Shown here: positions 1 to 12,789 of the stretch, piece by piece
How the letters are laid out: the number at the start of each line of letters is the position of its first letter
Numbering within the stretch: the first letter of the stretch is position 1
Assembly: GCA_020137815.1 (NCBI GenBank)
Contig: CM035352.1
Location: 4,402,001-4,466,000, forward strand
Length of the DNA stretch: 64,000 bases
Direction of reading: 5' to 3'
Source: Hormiphora californensis
Taxonomy: Eukaryota; Animalia; Ctenophora
Made by a program: the position numbers and the translations under genes
The notes under the pieces: generated by a model
The model's database searches: none
What the model saw: only the letters and a program-made list of their open reading frames with translations
What the model was told of the DNA's origin: nothing

Positions 1-527
1 AAATCTCTGTACAGGACTATTATCAAGTATGCCCTAAATCTCTGCTTTGAAGTGTTCCATTCATGAAATATATGTGATCGGAATGAATTAATTTAGTCTC
101 ATAGCTCCTGATTACGGCTGTAAATAATTTATTTTCCGATCTACAGCAGAAGCTAGACACTGTTTTAGCTTCCCTGTTTCTTCCCCGTTCCTTTAGTTTT
201 AGCGGACTTTTTGTTAGTTATTAGTGTGACAGAAGATACTGAAAATCTGAACTTTACAACTAGAAAACTTGGGCTTCAAAGAGAGTGGGTTTCGCTCAAA
301 CAGACAATCCCCTACTTTATCCCTTCATGTCACCCCTTACTCAACAATACAAGGCTCTCTCTGCAGATCTGACTCTCTGTTTCTCTTTTCCTCTTCGCCC
401 GAGCTTTTCTAGCTACTTTGTGTTGTGCCTTTACGGTTTCTCATTTATACCCATTTTCTTTCTGTCTCTCTTTTCCACCTTACTCTCTTCCTCTTTTCAC
501 TCACATCGTCTCTCTCTTTCTCTCTCT

Positions 528-572
<45 letters not shown>

Positions 573-1477
573 CTCTCTCTCACTCACTGTCGCGCTAGTT
601 CTCTTTGTGTGAGTGTGTGTAACTGGCGGAAGCGACTTACTGAGCTGTGTTGAGTGTGTGTCGGGCTAGCACCATACTCTCTCCGTTCTGCGCTTCAGTT
701 GTTATTCAGTTGTGCACCACTATCTTCCTCTCTTGATTTCTCCAATCTCTCTCTAAACGCGGGGGCCAAACCCCCTTTCCTTCTACCCCCCCGGGCCCCC
801 CCCAAAACCCCGGGCACGACGGTAAAGGGGTCAGGGAAATAAGGGCCCCTTGGGCGCCAATAGGAAAGAGGGAAACTTATCACGGGCTATTCATCAACAT
901 TCTCCTGCAAAAGCTAGTTTTCGATTATCGGGAAGAAAGTTTTTTGGGAACCATTTATTGGGATGTATTTTCTCTTCTCATTTTCTTCTCGTCTCTCTCT
1001 CTCTCTCTCCTTTTCTCTCTCTCTATTCCTTTTCTCTCTCTCCTATTTACCCAAAATTGTTTTCTCCCACTCGTGCCACTTTGATCCATCTCTCAATATC
1101 TTTCTCGCTTCCTGGTTCGCGGCACAATCATCTGCGGATCAAGTTTAGTTTTACATTTACGTTAAAATATCGGGCTTATTCAATCACATTCTGCACTGTG
1201 CAAAAGTTCTAGTTTTTCCGATTAATGGAACTGAATATAGTTTTTGGGAAACGGAGTTTAGTTGGGGGATAGAATATTTTACAGATCATTCGTCAGAGTA
1301 GAGGGAGAGTGGTAGAAATATACAGAGAGAGAAAAAGATCGAGAAAAAAGATAGAGAAGTTAATATTGACTGTCTCGATAAGAACTCCTCCTCTCTTTCT
1401 CTCATCTGCCCTTCTAACTCTCTCTCCTTCTCTCGATCCTCTCTCATTTTCTCCTCTCTCTCCTCTCTCTCTCTCTC

Positions 1478-1592
<115 letters not shown>

Positions 1593-1682
1593 GCTCGCCT
1601 ATCTATTAAAGCATTCCTTGATCCCCCTGATCCCCGTGTGACAATAACAGTAGTGAGCAGATCGCTGTCACTCCCTGGTATA

Positions 1683-1781
1683 CAGTCGGACCCCGATTTA
1701 CCAGACCCCGATTTACCGGAACGTCGATTTATCAGACAAAATCCTTTCCCCCGAACATCCCGGTAAATCGGAGTCCGACTG
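1683..1781. mobile_element. ~99 bp TA-flanked MITE (Tc1/mariner-like non-autonomous element)
   Basis: TA|cagtcggaccccgatttacc...ggtaaatcggagtccgactg|TA terminal inverted repeats; related copies at 30021-30103 and ~21730-21830. Confidence 0.75.
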
Positions 1782-2082
1782 TATCTTGATCTTTGTGAAA
1801 TCAGTTGTGTCACTAGCTGTCTGGGGCGGGGTGATATCTCCCGTGATCTGGGCGAATTACCCGCAGTCTCTTCCTGTCAGTGTCAGTAGTGTTCTTATTT
1901 CATCTTTGATAATTTCATCTGTGGGATTCTGGGTTTATCATTTACCGCTTACCCTAGCATCATGGACGGTGAATTCTTGTCAGTGTCAGTTCTACAACAT
2001 GATTTGTGCGTTAAATCGCTGTGGTAGAGTGCTGTTATGCAGGCCCCCTTTAGCACACCACTTGCGGTCAACATCACCCCTA

Positions 2083-2086
<4 letters not shown>

Positions 2087-2154
<68 letters not shown>

Positions 2155-2156
2155 TC

Positions 2157-2255
<99 letters not shown>

Positions 2256-2300
2256 CTCTCTCTCTCTCACTCTCTCTCTCTCACTCTCTCTCTCTCACTC
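2087..2300. repeat. (CT)n microsatellite, representative of many CT/GA tracts in the window
   Basis: Near-perfect CT dinucleotide run; similar tracts at ~510-580, 1395-1590, 35770-35870, 43590-43660, 48735-48830, 49045-49170, 52720-53480, 55440-55545. Confidence 0.97.
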
Positions 2301-2915
2301 TACTGACCGCACGACGAGTGCGTTTCCGTTTATCCTTGCACACGAATAACCACCGATTAGATCGCCCTGCTCTTGCGACATGCAATCAGCTCTGGTGATC
2401 ACGTGACTTATTCAAATATGTCACGTGTCAAACATCTCCCCCCTCGTTATCCTGTTATCAGATACTGCTGATATTCTAACACCTCGAGTTCCATGCTCCA
2501 ATGAGTTTTGTCACTTGAGAAGCTAGTTTGTTTTGAGAGATAGTACCACATATTGGTGTCCGATTTACAACAAGCTATTGACACTAATCTCGTTTCTCAT
2601 GTCAGTATTTGAGACATGAGCTCACCTATACGTCCCCATTCCCCCCGTTTATGTCTCCACTCCCACCAGACAATTGAGACAACACTACTAGATGGGCTAG
2701 GGTAACACCCCCTGGGCCAGATTGGGTGGCGAGTATAAAAGTGACCCTGGTTTTTATCTTATTTACTTGTTGCAGCTCTATCTTGTTTGGAACCAGCACT
2801 CCACCATCTTTGCTTCTTTAGATTTGGGCCCCCAGATTTGCTTTGCCGGATTCCAGTTAAATACTCTAAAACACACCTATCTCTAACCGTTTTGTTCCCC
2901 AATTTCCTTCTAGAC

Positions 2916-4806
2916 ATGACAGTATACGAGACGTGTGGTATTACAGAATGTTACGAGTCGTCAGGACTCTTGCTCTCCCCTGATGGATCTACTATTTGCC
3001 TCCTTGACACAGGTTCGTGGTGTTTTAGACGAGTTTTAGATGTCATGTGGTTTTAGTGGGGGTTTAGCCAGTTTAGCTCTTTGTTTTATCGATTTTATCT
3101 CTACTCGAACTAACCCCATCGTTCCCCGAACTAACCCCAACATCCCCATCGTTCCCGAACTAACCCCAATATCCCCATCGTTCCCCGAACTAACCCCAAC
3201 ATCCCCATCGTTCCCCGAACTAACCCCAACATCCCCCTTGGTATCGAAGACACCTCACACTCTGTTTAGGGCGACCTTCGCGCGCGCTGGCAAGGGGTAA
3301 CTTCGTAACCAAACATCCCCCATCGTTCCCCGAACTAACCCCAACATCCCCATCGTTCCCCGAACTAACCCCAACATCCCCGCTAGATTACCGCGGTGAC
3401 GAGATGCCTGGTTTATCACTCAACACCAAGATGAGCGATGTAATGAGGGCAATGAACCGATCTGATTCTGGGCTGGATGTAAAGGATAGGGTGTGGTTAA
3501 AACTACAAATACCTTCCGCTTTTACAGGTTAGTTTGCACCCCAGTTTTATAGAAACTTTTGTAGCTCTCATAGCTCTGTTAGTAATAGTATTGGATTCGG
3601 TAGAGCAGTGAGAAAATAGCAAATTATTGATAGTGGTTAGCTTTGTTCAGAAAAAATAGTTTTTACTGTAACAATTATTATTTACCGTTACTAACAACCT
3701 CCCCCCTCAGGAACTAATCTTGTTAACTGGCTGTACAGGAATGTTCATGGACTGTCAGACAGGAGGGAGGCCAGGAAATATGCTGCCACACTCCTCAAGG
3801 TAAATAACTTGATCTAAATTCTGGACCATCGTCTGGTGTTTTATTCCGCTACGCTTTTCCCAGTATATCTTGTCAACACATGTGAATTACTGAGAAAGAT
3901 ATTTTCATTGATTTACAGTCTGTTTAGCACACTCAGTAATGTCTGAGACTGTCTTATGTCTAAGGACTGAGAGAAACTTTTCTCTAACACTTCACAACTA
4001 AACAGCTTTTCAGTAAATATGCCGTATAGTTTCCCCGCCATTCCCCCTCCACCATAATAACGTCCCATCTCCTTCCACAGGCCGGGTTTATAGTGTCTGC
4101 AGTGAACACAAGGACCTTCTCAGAACAACGGTACTACCAAATATCACCGAGATGTACAGCCACCTCCACCTCCAGCATCGCTCCTTTACACTCAGGTAAA
4201 AAGGGGGTTCTCCCTCCAGCTAAAACGGGCCTAAAACATGTTATAGATACTCCTTACTTGCTTAATCTTCTTCCCCTAAAACATATTCGTATATAGGACG
4301 TAGGACGTAGGTATAATACTTGAACTTCGAGATAATATCGTGAACTTCAAGTGCTATTATATACGTGTTTTAGGGGAAGGAAGTTCAAGGCCCTAAACCA
4401 TGTCTCAATTGGTCTAGTCTAGACAAGCAGGAACTAGACAGGAGGCGGGTTAGACAATATAGTCTTTATTGTAAAGGGTGCAATAAAAGGTGCTTTGTGT
4501 GTCTGTCTTTGTCTCAAGTCCTTGTGCCCTGTTAGGGCACGACAGCAGCTCAACCCCTGTCAGAGCATTGGCCTGACAGCTCAACCCTGTCCACCTCTTT
4601 TAGCCGATATTACTAACACACATCCTCTCTTTTCAGATCAGTACACCCACCAAATTACCTCAAAACCAGCTGCCCAGTTCAGTCCCGAGCACCAAAAACA
4701 ACCATCAAGCAGAGGAAAGAGGACCTCCTGGCAGTCGGTAAAAGATCGGTTCACGAGACGAGGCAGTGTGATTCTCGACTCTTTTCACCCCAAGGGGAGC
4801 GTCTAG
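2916..4806 (+). CDS. Short Dishevelled-type DEP-domain protein (~200 aa; exons 2916-3012, 3387-3527, 3711-3799, 4081-4195, 4637-4806)
   Basis: Phase-compatible GT-AG splicing gives ...[74 protein letters not shown]..., matching the Dishevelled DEP consensus (SGLEIRDRMWLKITIPNAF...[14 protein letters not shown]...VNK.TFSEQCYY). Confidence 0.85.
3105..3381. repeat. ~30 bp intronic minisatellite (cgaactaaccccaacatccccatcgttccc)
   Basis: About 7 tandem units, interrupted by the 75 bp insertion at 3238-3312. Confidence 0.9.
3238..3312. mobile_element. 75 bp non-autonomous DNA element with 9 bp TSD
   Basis: Ends ttggtatcgaag...cttcgtaaccaa (imperfect TIR), flanked by acatccccc on both sides; near-identical inverted copy at 51309-51384. 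Confidence 0.8.
4227..4393. mobile_element. Degenerate palindromic MITE-like element in DEP-gene intron 4
   Basis: cttcccctaaaaca...tgttttaggggaag inverted pair, with gggcc/ggccc at the outer ends. Confidence 0.4.
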
Positions 4807-6197
4807 TGGAAGATTATATCATGAACCAAGATCCTTGTAATTGTATAGATCAGAGTGTGAGAGAGAAAAGAAAGGCTGGATCTATGCTGCTGAAAGTATT
4901 GTTATAATTGTGATTAAGAGTGGTGTTCAGATATTAAACCTAAAGACTGAGTGATAGAAAGAGAGAGCTAAGTTGATTATTAAACTCACGTATCTTTTTA
5001 TTTGTGAAACAAACAAATATTATTTGCCAATTGGATTCTTGAAAAGATGGCAAAATGGAGTTTTCAAAATCCCTCCCGAACAATAATAGCTATACTAATG
5101 TGTTATATTGAATTGTGTTGATTTTCATTTGTTAAACAAATTGTTTACCGATCTCAAAATACGATGTTTATCACCATCAATATCAAATGTGTTTGGGTGA
5201 AAAAGGTCTTGAAGTGGTCTAAAAAGTGGTTCTGAGCCGCGCGTCCTGGATGAATTATATTTGCGCGTACCGTACCGCGCGCGAGACCAGCTAAAAAAAA
5301 ATAAAAGTAAACGAAAACCCAAGCTAAAATAGCCCTCAAATCAAGTCATCGCGCGTTACGTACAAGAGTTGGGTTTAAAAGATGGCATGCGAATGTCAGC
5401 AGTGAGTGTGACCTCGCGCGGACTTCTCAATGGTTTTTGCGCGCAAAATGGTGTGCTCTCATTTCGTTTGAGCGGGAACGGGAACAAAGGAATCGGAAAT
5501 TGGACCTGACAAATTGAAAGGATCTTTGATTGTACGGTAGACCAATATATTAATCAGCCAAATAAGAATAAAATGGACAATCAAATAATCAAACGAACAC
5601 AAATAAATGTATGAGAATTAATTGATTGTTTTTATAAAAACTCTTTATCTTCCCGATTCATTGTTCTTGTTCACTTCATTCCTCCTTTAACATACTAACT
5701 CGACCCACTTTTTCGATAAAGCATCAATAAAACAGACGGTCGTCCAACAGTGAACACATTGATATTCGGGATCTTTTCCATAATCACGTCATATTCTTCG
5801 CGTTCATAAAACACCTGAAAGTGAAACAGGATAGAGTGATACTAACAACAACAGAGATTAGATGGAAATAAATGAGAATTTAGACTGCGTGTCCCATGTG
5901 TTGACTGTTAACAAATAATTTAGAGACCAAAGAACATTCTTATTTCATCAAAATCAGAGTTGTTCTCTCTTACTTTCACCTGTGCCTGTTTTAAACTCAC
6001 CAATCAACTAGGATCAGCAGTTCATTAATGATCCCAGAGCTCCTAAACCCCTTCTTCCACTTTCTTGTTGTAAAAATCTGTAAAAAGAAAGTTTTTTGAT
6101 AATATCGAGTAACTCAGGAAGTTGAAATGCCATTTCGGGACAGGTTAAGGGAATGTACCCCGGGCTTCCCAATCTCTCTTTCTTCCTCCCATATCCC

Positions 6198-6238
<41 letters not shown>

Positions 6239-6385
6239 AGTTCCGTTATTTCCTTATCTTGATAAGTTGCTCCAGGCTCCCGTATCTTGATATCTCCCCC
6301 CCCCCTTGATCTCTGATCTTTCTTTGATCTTTTTTTTCTAGAATTTCTACTCTATAATTTCTACTTTGGGTGTTTTGCATTAACT

Positions 6386-7325
6386 ATGGTTAACAACAGG
6401 GTTAAAAACAATTCGAGGGTTTTACGCTCCCATAAGGCTGAGATCCCCTCTGACCCTGATTCAATAGCTAGTTTAATCTCGGGTTGTGATGAACCGGTTC
6501 AGGCTGTATTTAAGGCACTTCTAGACAGATTGTCACACCTAGAATCACGTCTAGCTGCTTCCGAGCAGTATCAGCGGAGGTCGACACTAGTTATCTCCAA
6601 TCTTCCGGTAGCCCCTGATGAGTCTGATGAATCCCTAACAGCTGCCGTGTGTTCCCAGCTTAGTAAGCAGGATCTCATAGTTACCCCGGACGATTTTCAG
6701 GCGATTCACCGGAACGGGAAGGTTGAGAAACCTGGTAGTATTGGTAAGGATGGTAAGCCCATCCCTCCCCCCTCGATTACTCTCAGATTTCACAATTACA
6801 ATCGTAAAGACGCAGTACTGCGTAGGGTTCGTAACAAGAAGGGTAACACGGGGGATTACGGGGGCTCGAAAAGATCGCCCGTATAGATCGCCCGTACCAG
6901 TCGCCCGTACATTTGCTTTGCGCATTACGTTTCACCACACTTTCACCACAACAAAACACATGCACGTAACGCGCATGTACCTTTTTTGTGGTGAAAGTGC
7001 GATGAAACGTAATGCGCAAAGCAAATGTACGGGCGACTGGTACGGGCGACTGGTACGGGCGTCTCATCCGGGCCCCCGTAATCCGCTGCCTAATGGTGTT
7101 AGAGTCTCACAATCACTCTGTCCTTACTACATTGATCTGCGCAAGAGAATTAGTCTCTACTGCCTTGACAAAGGTCTGCCAATAAGATACATACATTACA
7201 GATCACCTAGCTCGGGACTTGTTATTAAGACCCTTAATGTTAATGACGCTAGTAAACAGAAGGTAGCTAGCAAGATCTTCTCATTTGATGACTTCATTAA
7301 CAAGTTTGATCAACTATCTACCTGA
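6386..7325 (+). mobile_element. LINE-A ORF1 (coiled coil plus RRM-type ORF1), interrupted by a MITE
   Basis: EQYQRRSTLVISNLP...IHRNGK...PPSITLRF motifs typical of L1/CR1-type ORF1 RRM; removing 235 bp (6847-7081) joins ORFs 6386 and 6723 into one ~234 aa frame. Confidence 0.75.
6847..7081. mobile_element. ~235 bp hairpin MITE inserted in LINE-A ORF1
   Basis: ggattacggggg...cccccgtaatcc plus long internal inverted arms (cgcccgtacatttgctttgcgcattacgtttca / tgaaacgtaatgcgcaaagcaaatgtacgggcg); TA/TAA at both junctions. Confidence 0.8.
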
Positions 7326-7438
7326 GTTTCGTATGATTAATTATGTTTTGTCTTACTCCAGTTCCTAGTTCCCCCTTCCCCCCATTTAGTATCCCTTCCC
7401 AACCTACTGTGTTATTACCCTATCATCTTCCTATCTAG

Positions 7439-9541
7439 TTTCATAATGCATGCTACACCCAAAGTATTTATATTAGTATTACATCCTCCCTCAGGAGTGA
7501 TTGTGGAGATTGTGGGAAAAATATATTTTCTCACCAACACTCTGTGTATTGTTATATGTGTTACAAGGTTAAGCATGGTAAATGTCTTAACTTCTCAATT
7601 GACCTATGCTCAGTAATCAACAAGCAACACGACTGGTTCTGCCCTAGCTGCAGTGCCTCAATATTTCCATTTTTCAGTGCCTTGTGTGATACACAGGCGC
7701 CCGTTACGGAGAAATGTGGTTACTGTTGCAAGTTTATTGGTAGAACAGATCAGCTCGCTATTTGCACTGCTTGCAAGCTCACAACTCACAGCATTTGTTC
7801 CTCTAATAACATGTGCTACACTTGTCAACCTCCAACAGAACCAACTATGTCACATGAAGTCCTACAGTTCAACCCCTATACTTTTGACAATCACAACTGT
7901 AGTGCTGATCCTGACATTCAATCGTCAGTTTCATATACCTTGGACAACTGCAATGATGTGTCTAATCTTGTTCCAACCGATGTCAATAAGATCTCGGTCA
8001 TATCTTGTAACATTGATGGGTTTAAATCTAACTTTGATGAATTTGTCACCAGATGCGGTATTTTATCTCCCCCCGATAGAACAGTCAATCCCACTGTTTA
8101 CACGTTCTGTGAGACTAACATCTCACAGGACGAGAACACTAACATGTATCGCATGTCGGGTTACACAGGTTTTCATTCACGTAACACCACGGGGAAGATA
8201 AAGGGATCGGGCATTTCCATCTATCTTAAAGATGATGTAGACTTCAGTCCCTATCATCCGTTCATTACTAACAATAGATCTTTCCAGAGTTACGGGGGTA
8301 CCGTGAAACTCTCTAATGGTCAGAGTTTGAATTTGATATGTTTGTACCGTTACCACTTAGGAACGGATTGGGAAACTTGGTTTACTGAGATCGAGACTTT
8401 GCTTAAAAAAGCATGCACAACTAAAGTTATTTTAACAGGCGACTTTAATCTTAACCTGTTTAAACTGGATAGTTCGTCCATTGTTCGCCGTTATTTTGAC
8501 CTGTTTAATAGTTTTGGTCTAGTACCCATGATTAGTAGAGCTACTAATTACACTCACAATGCATCAACTCTGATAGATCAGACCTGGACTAATATTGTGT
8601 CTCAGGGTTGTAGCTCTCACCTTATCACTACACTCAGTGTTTCTTCCCATATCCCCACTATGTGTATTTTTCCGGATCCTTACTTGATAACTGAATCTGG
8701 TCCTATAACAATTTCAACTACCGATTTTAATCACAACTCTCTAACCAATTTCAGGAATGATTACGACATCTGGTGTCGCACTCATGTTAACTCACTTGAT
8801 CAAAGTGACACTTCTGTAGACATAGCTCACTCTTTCTCTACTTACTACAATCAACTTTCCCTTTTGTACAACAAACATTTTGTGAAACTCAAAACACTGA
8901 CCAACTTCAGAAATAACTATTCCAAACCTTGGGTATCTCCCTCTTTAGCTCGTTCTATTCATATCAAATCTGTTTTGTATAAAAAGTGGGTTGCTTCACG
9001 TGGCTCTTCTCGAGAATCTTTGGCTGCGAGTGATTACCGTACATATCGGGCCATTCTCAGAGGGCTTCTGGTTAAATCTCGCGATGACTACTTTACCAGC
9101 AAGTTTCTGAAGTGTGACAATGATATTAAGAAATGCTGGTCGGTTATTAATAGTATTCGGGGTAAGAACAATAGGGCTATTTATCCAAGCTGTGTCAAGA
9201 CTGTTTCCGGTATTGTGACTAATCCTCGTGCCATTTCTAATGAACTGAATAAGTACTTTACATCCGTTGCCAGTGATCTGAATAAGAGTAAGTTTGGGTC
9301 GTCTCGACCTGACCATCACAAATTCAGTCGTTTCATGCCCAATCGAGTTGGTAGTTCCTTATTTCTCTCTCCAGTCTCCTCCGATGAAATCTTCACTATC
9401 ATCAAGGGCTTGAAACCCAAGAAGTCAGGTGATTTTTCTTCTTTATGTCTCAAACATCTAAATTGGTTCTCGTTACTGACAGTCCTACCTGAATGTGGGT
9501 TAAATACGGTACTAAAACAGATGGTAACTCAGACTTGTTAA
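7439..9541 (+). mobile_element. LINE-A ORF2 5' half: two PHD-like fingers plus APE endonuclease, truncated before RT (CR1/L2-group)
   Basis: CGDC..CYMC..H..C..WFCPSC and CGYC..CTAC..H..C..CYTC; APE motifs SCNIDG, FCET, GISIY, GDFN, TLIDQ, SSH; KPW linker; LINE-like sequence stops at ~9460 (KKSGDFSSLCLKHL). Confidence 0.85.
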
Positions 9542-10669
9542 AATTATCATGTCGGCCCTGCTACAGTGGCCGTCCATCTTCTCAAAAGAGCAGGTATTAC
9601 AACGGCAGGTAGCCAGGCTAACGACATTCAATGTTTTAACGGGAGGGGGTCATAACCTGGCTGGGTTCCTATAAAGCGTGGTCGACTCACACATTATTCC
9701 CTATCGTCCTATAACCGTCTCCTCTACTTGTACGTTTAGGGCCTCCCTGAATTCTCATAATTTCGTGGAATCTGATGGTGATGACTCAATGTTATCAACC
9801 CTCAAGAGGGAGAGTCGAGCTTATATATCGCGGGAATGGCATCATAAACGAGGTGGCCTCTATGTGACGTATCACCCACCCTGCGACCCCTGTCTAGTAT
9901 CTACGCCCATGCGGCACAAGAGACTCAGATGCCTAGTTGAACACCAGAACCTCGCACTTGGAAAAAGCTACAAAAACCGCGGGAGTTTGAACGCTCCCAC
10001 CACATTGACTATTATAACAGAGACCTTCAACGCGAGCACTCTCCGTGGCCAGTACCATAAGAGTGGAGTGTTTCCAGAGGACCTCCAGCAGATTTTATTT
10101 GATAGCGGTCATACCGTGTGGAGTATGCTCCTCACCTAATTGCTCACGAGACTTCCCCAGCTTCTTATAGGATACAGGTGGCACACCCAGGACACCACTA
10201 CTGATCAGGGGCATCTCAGGGATCGAGTGAATCCATACTGGAGTGTTTTCCGCACGACTCCTAAGTACAGGGGACTCTCTGAGGGTATGCCCCACCTAAG
10301 GACTTTGGAATGTGCCAGAAGGTATCGGTGGTGTGCATCAGAGTCACGGGAAACGGGAAACTATGTCCAACTCCAGAGAATGTAACCATGGTAACTAATG
10401 TAACATGATAATGCATGACCATGGTACTGATGTCTTACGGTGTGATTTAGCGGGCATAATTCCAACTACTCAAATTTAATCAACTTTAAACAACTACTAA
10501 TTGAAGTTTTGAATAATAATTTGATGACCCTAATTCTGTATAATATGAGACAATAAAACCCTCCTCGATTTTACACAAACCCTTGTTGTTTTATTACACA
10601 TACATCACAGGCCACATACCCCAACCTTAGCTCACCTAGCAAACGTATCTTATACCCCTGGCAACTCCA

Positions 10670-10965
10670 GCACTGTGTATAGTACCCCCTGGACCCCCTC
10701 CCCGACCTTGTTATAGTAACCCCCTATACCCCAGCCTTGTCTTAATAGTACGCAGCTTCACTGAACAACTAACACCCTGTACCCCAGCCTTTGTTATAGT
10801 ACCACCCCCCCTGTAACCCCGGCCTTGTTATAGTACCCCCTGTACCCCGCCTTGTTTATACGTACCCCCTGTACCCCGGCCTTGTTTTATAGTACCCACC
10901 TGTAGCCCCCTCCCCGGCCTTGTTTAGTAGCCCTCTCACCCTATACGCCGCCTCTCCCAGCCTTG
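10670..10965. repeat. Degenerate ~28 bp tandem repeat (ccccggccttgttatagtaccccctgta)
   Basis: About 8-9 imperfect units. Confidence 0.8.
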
Positions 10966-11391
10966 TTCAGTTCCCAGCGGAGTACTTACGTTGTCTGAAG
11001 CGATGGCAGGATTAGTCGCTGATATCCAATCTAAATGGAAATAGTTGGTAACATAGGGAAATAATATTATCTTATCGCATCATAATAATGATTTTGTGGG
11101 CCTCTTTAGGATTTACTGTTTATCAGAGCGTACTAACCCTCTAAAATTAGGCGTGTCTGGTAAACAGATTACAATCATAGCTAAACCTTGTGCAGCTCTG
11201 TTTCCTGGCCCCCCAGTGTCAAAGTATCTCAATCCGCTAGATCCCTATTTTTTTTCAATGGGGTGACTAGGAAACAAATTTTCTAATTCTAATAATTAAG
11301 TTTCAAGCCGCATTGATTATATTAACTAGTATTATTATACTAAACAAACAAACATTTTAAAAATTAAAATAATGTTTTTGGAATGATGACA

Positions 11392-11458
11392 AACCTGATG
11401 GATCTAACCCTGGGTCTCCTGCTCGACAGGCGAGATCATACCACTAGACCATCCCAAC
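11392..11458 (-). pseudogene. tRNA-derived fragment (Asp(GTC)-like), pseudogene or SINE head
   Basis: Reverse strand reads TGGTCTAGTGG (A-box) ... CTGTCGA loop ... GGTTAGATCC (degenerate B-box); no convincing acceptor stem. Confidence 0.4.
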
Positions 11459-11762
11459 CTTGTGTCTTATTTTCACTATTCAAGCGCTCTATCTAATGTT
11501 TGGATCTCTGTCTACAAGCTTGACTTTTTCGGCAATTAGTTTATCGTGCGTGCGGGATCCATGACTATCACGGCTACCTCCAGGCTGCCCCTCTCTACCT
11601 AAAAGACTAGAGATCCTGTACATCGATGAGCGAGATCTCACACAATGTACTGACAAGCGTTCTTACCCCCTATGATATTGTGATGTTACACTATCAGTGT
11701 CATGTACACACACCTGGTTATGAATAAAGTAAAAAATCATGAAGTAAAAAATAACCCAAATA

Positions 11763-11826
11763 TCCCCACTCCGGATTCGAACCCTGATCATCGGGGTGAG
11801 AGTCCCATGGTGTACCACTACATAGT
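11763..11826 (-). pseudogene. tRNA-derived fragment (Glu(CTC)-like), pseudogene or SINE head
   Basis: Reverse strand reads TATGTAGTGG (A-box-like), CTCTCAC loop, GGTTCGAATCC (B-box); stems imperfect. Confidence 0.45.
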
Positions 11827-12789
11827 AGGTCGATAAGTACACTCACCTCCCTCCGATTTAAGTGAAACTTCTCATGCTCACTGGCTAACATATGATAATG
11901 GAGGTACAAATACCCAAACCGTATAAAAATAATAATTAGGTCCGAAAACTTTTGGTTCGTTAAATTATCGCTAATTGAAAAACGCACAAAATGGGCTAAA
12001 TGGCCCTTAGAAGTGGATTTGAAAATTTTGGGTTGGAACTCCAGACTTCGTATACAGGTGTCCGCTGGATGCCAACTTGCACCACGGCGGGCTCAGGCCT
12101 AAATTCGTCCGAATTTTTTGCGTAAGGCCGGATGGCGTGAATTTTGTTCACTGATTTGGGCAAAAAATCAGTTTTTTTCTATTTTGTTGCCTTTCCGCAA
12201 CGCCGGAGTATAAAAATAAGGCCATTTCCTCTCATTATTTTTTCTTTCTGCATCGATTAGCAGGCGTACTGTAACATCCCTTACTTCAACGGTTCGAAGT
12301 TAGAGTTTTGCAAAAAAAGAGCGGGAGACTAGATGGTCAATTTTGTAAGGCGATTTGGTGTCTTTCCTGTGGCGTCTGATGAAAAATGGTCAAAACGTGT
12401 CATTTTCATCATATTCTGCAATCGATTAAGCAGGTTATAAACATCCCTTACTTAAGCGGTCAGAAGTTGCCGAGGTCACGATGACAAGATTTACGCATCC
12501 TGTCTTACGCAAAATTCGGGGACGATTTAGGCCTGAGCCCGCCTTGGGCATATTTGCCATCCTAGCGGACCACCTGTAGCGAAGTCTGAGTTCCAACGTC
12601 CAAAAATTTCAAATGCCACCTTAGGGCCATTTTATGCCCATTTTTGGCGGTTTTCATTAGTCGATAATTAACGAACCAAAAACTTTTGTGGACCTAACTA
12701 AGCGGTATTTGTACATTCCATTATCATATTTTAGCATTTGAGAAGTTTTACTTGAAATCGGAGGAAGGTGATGTTCTTAATATCGACCT
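11827..12789. mobile_element. ~960 bp non-autonomous element with ~320 bp degenerate TIRs
   Basis: aggtcgat...atcgacct ends; 11827-12150 is an imperfect reverse complement of 12480-12789; internal ~170 bp direct repeat (aacatcccttactt). Confidence 0.8.

Noticed and set aside
880-1260. Degenerate ~290 bp-spaced duplication
   Set aside because: The first copy looks like an indel-ridden version of the second; most likely assembly stutter.
4795-4806. C-terminal PDZ-binding motif on the DEP protein (KGSV)
   Set aside because: Position -2 is Gly, not Ser/Thr, so it does not fit class I.
5680-6080. Possible small two-exon gene on the minus strand
   Set aside because: Splice-like sites exist but I could not build a consistent frame or recognise the peptide.
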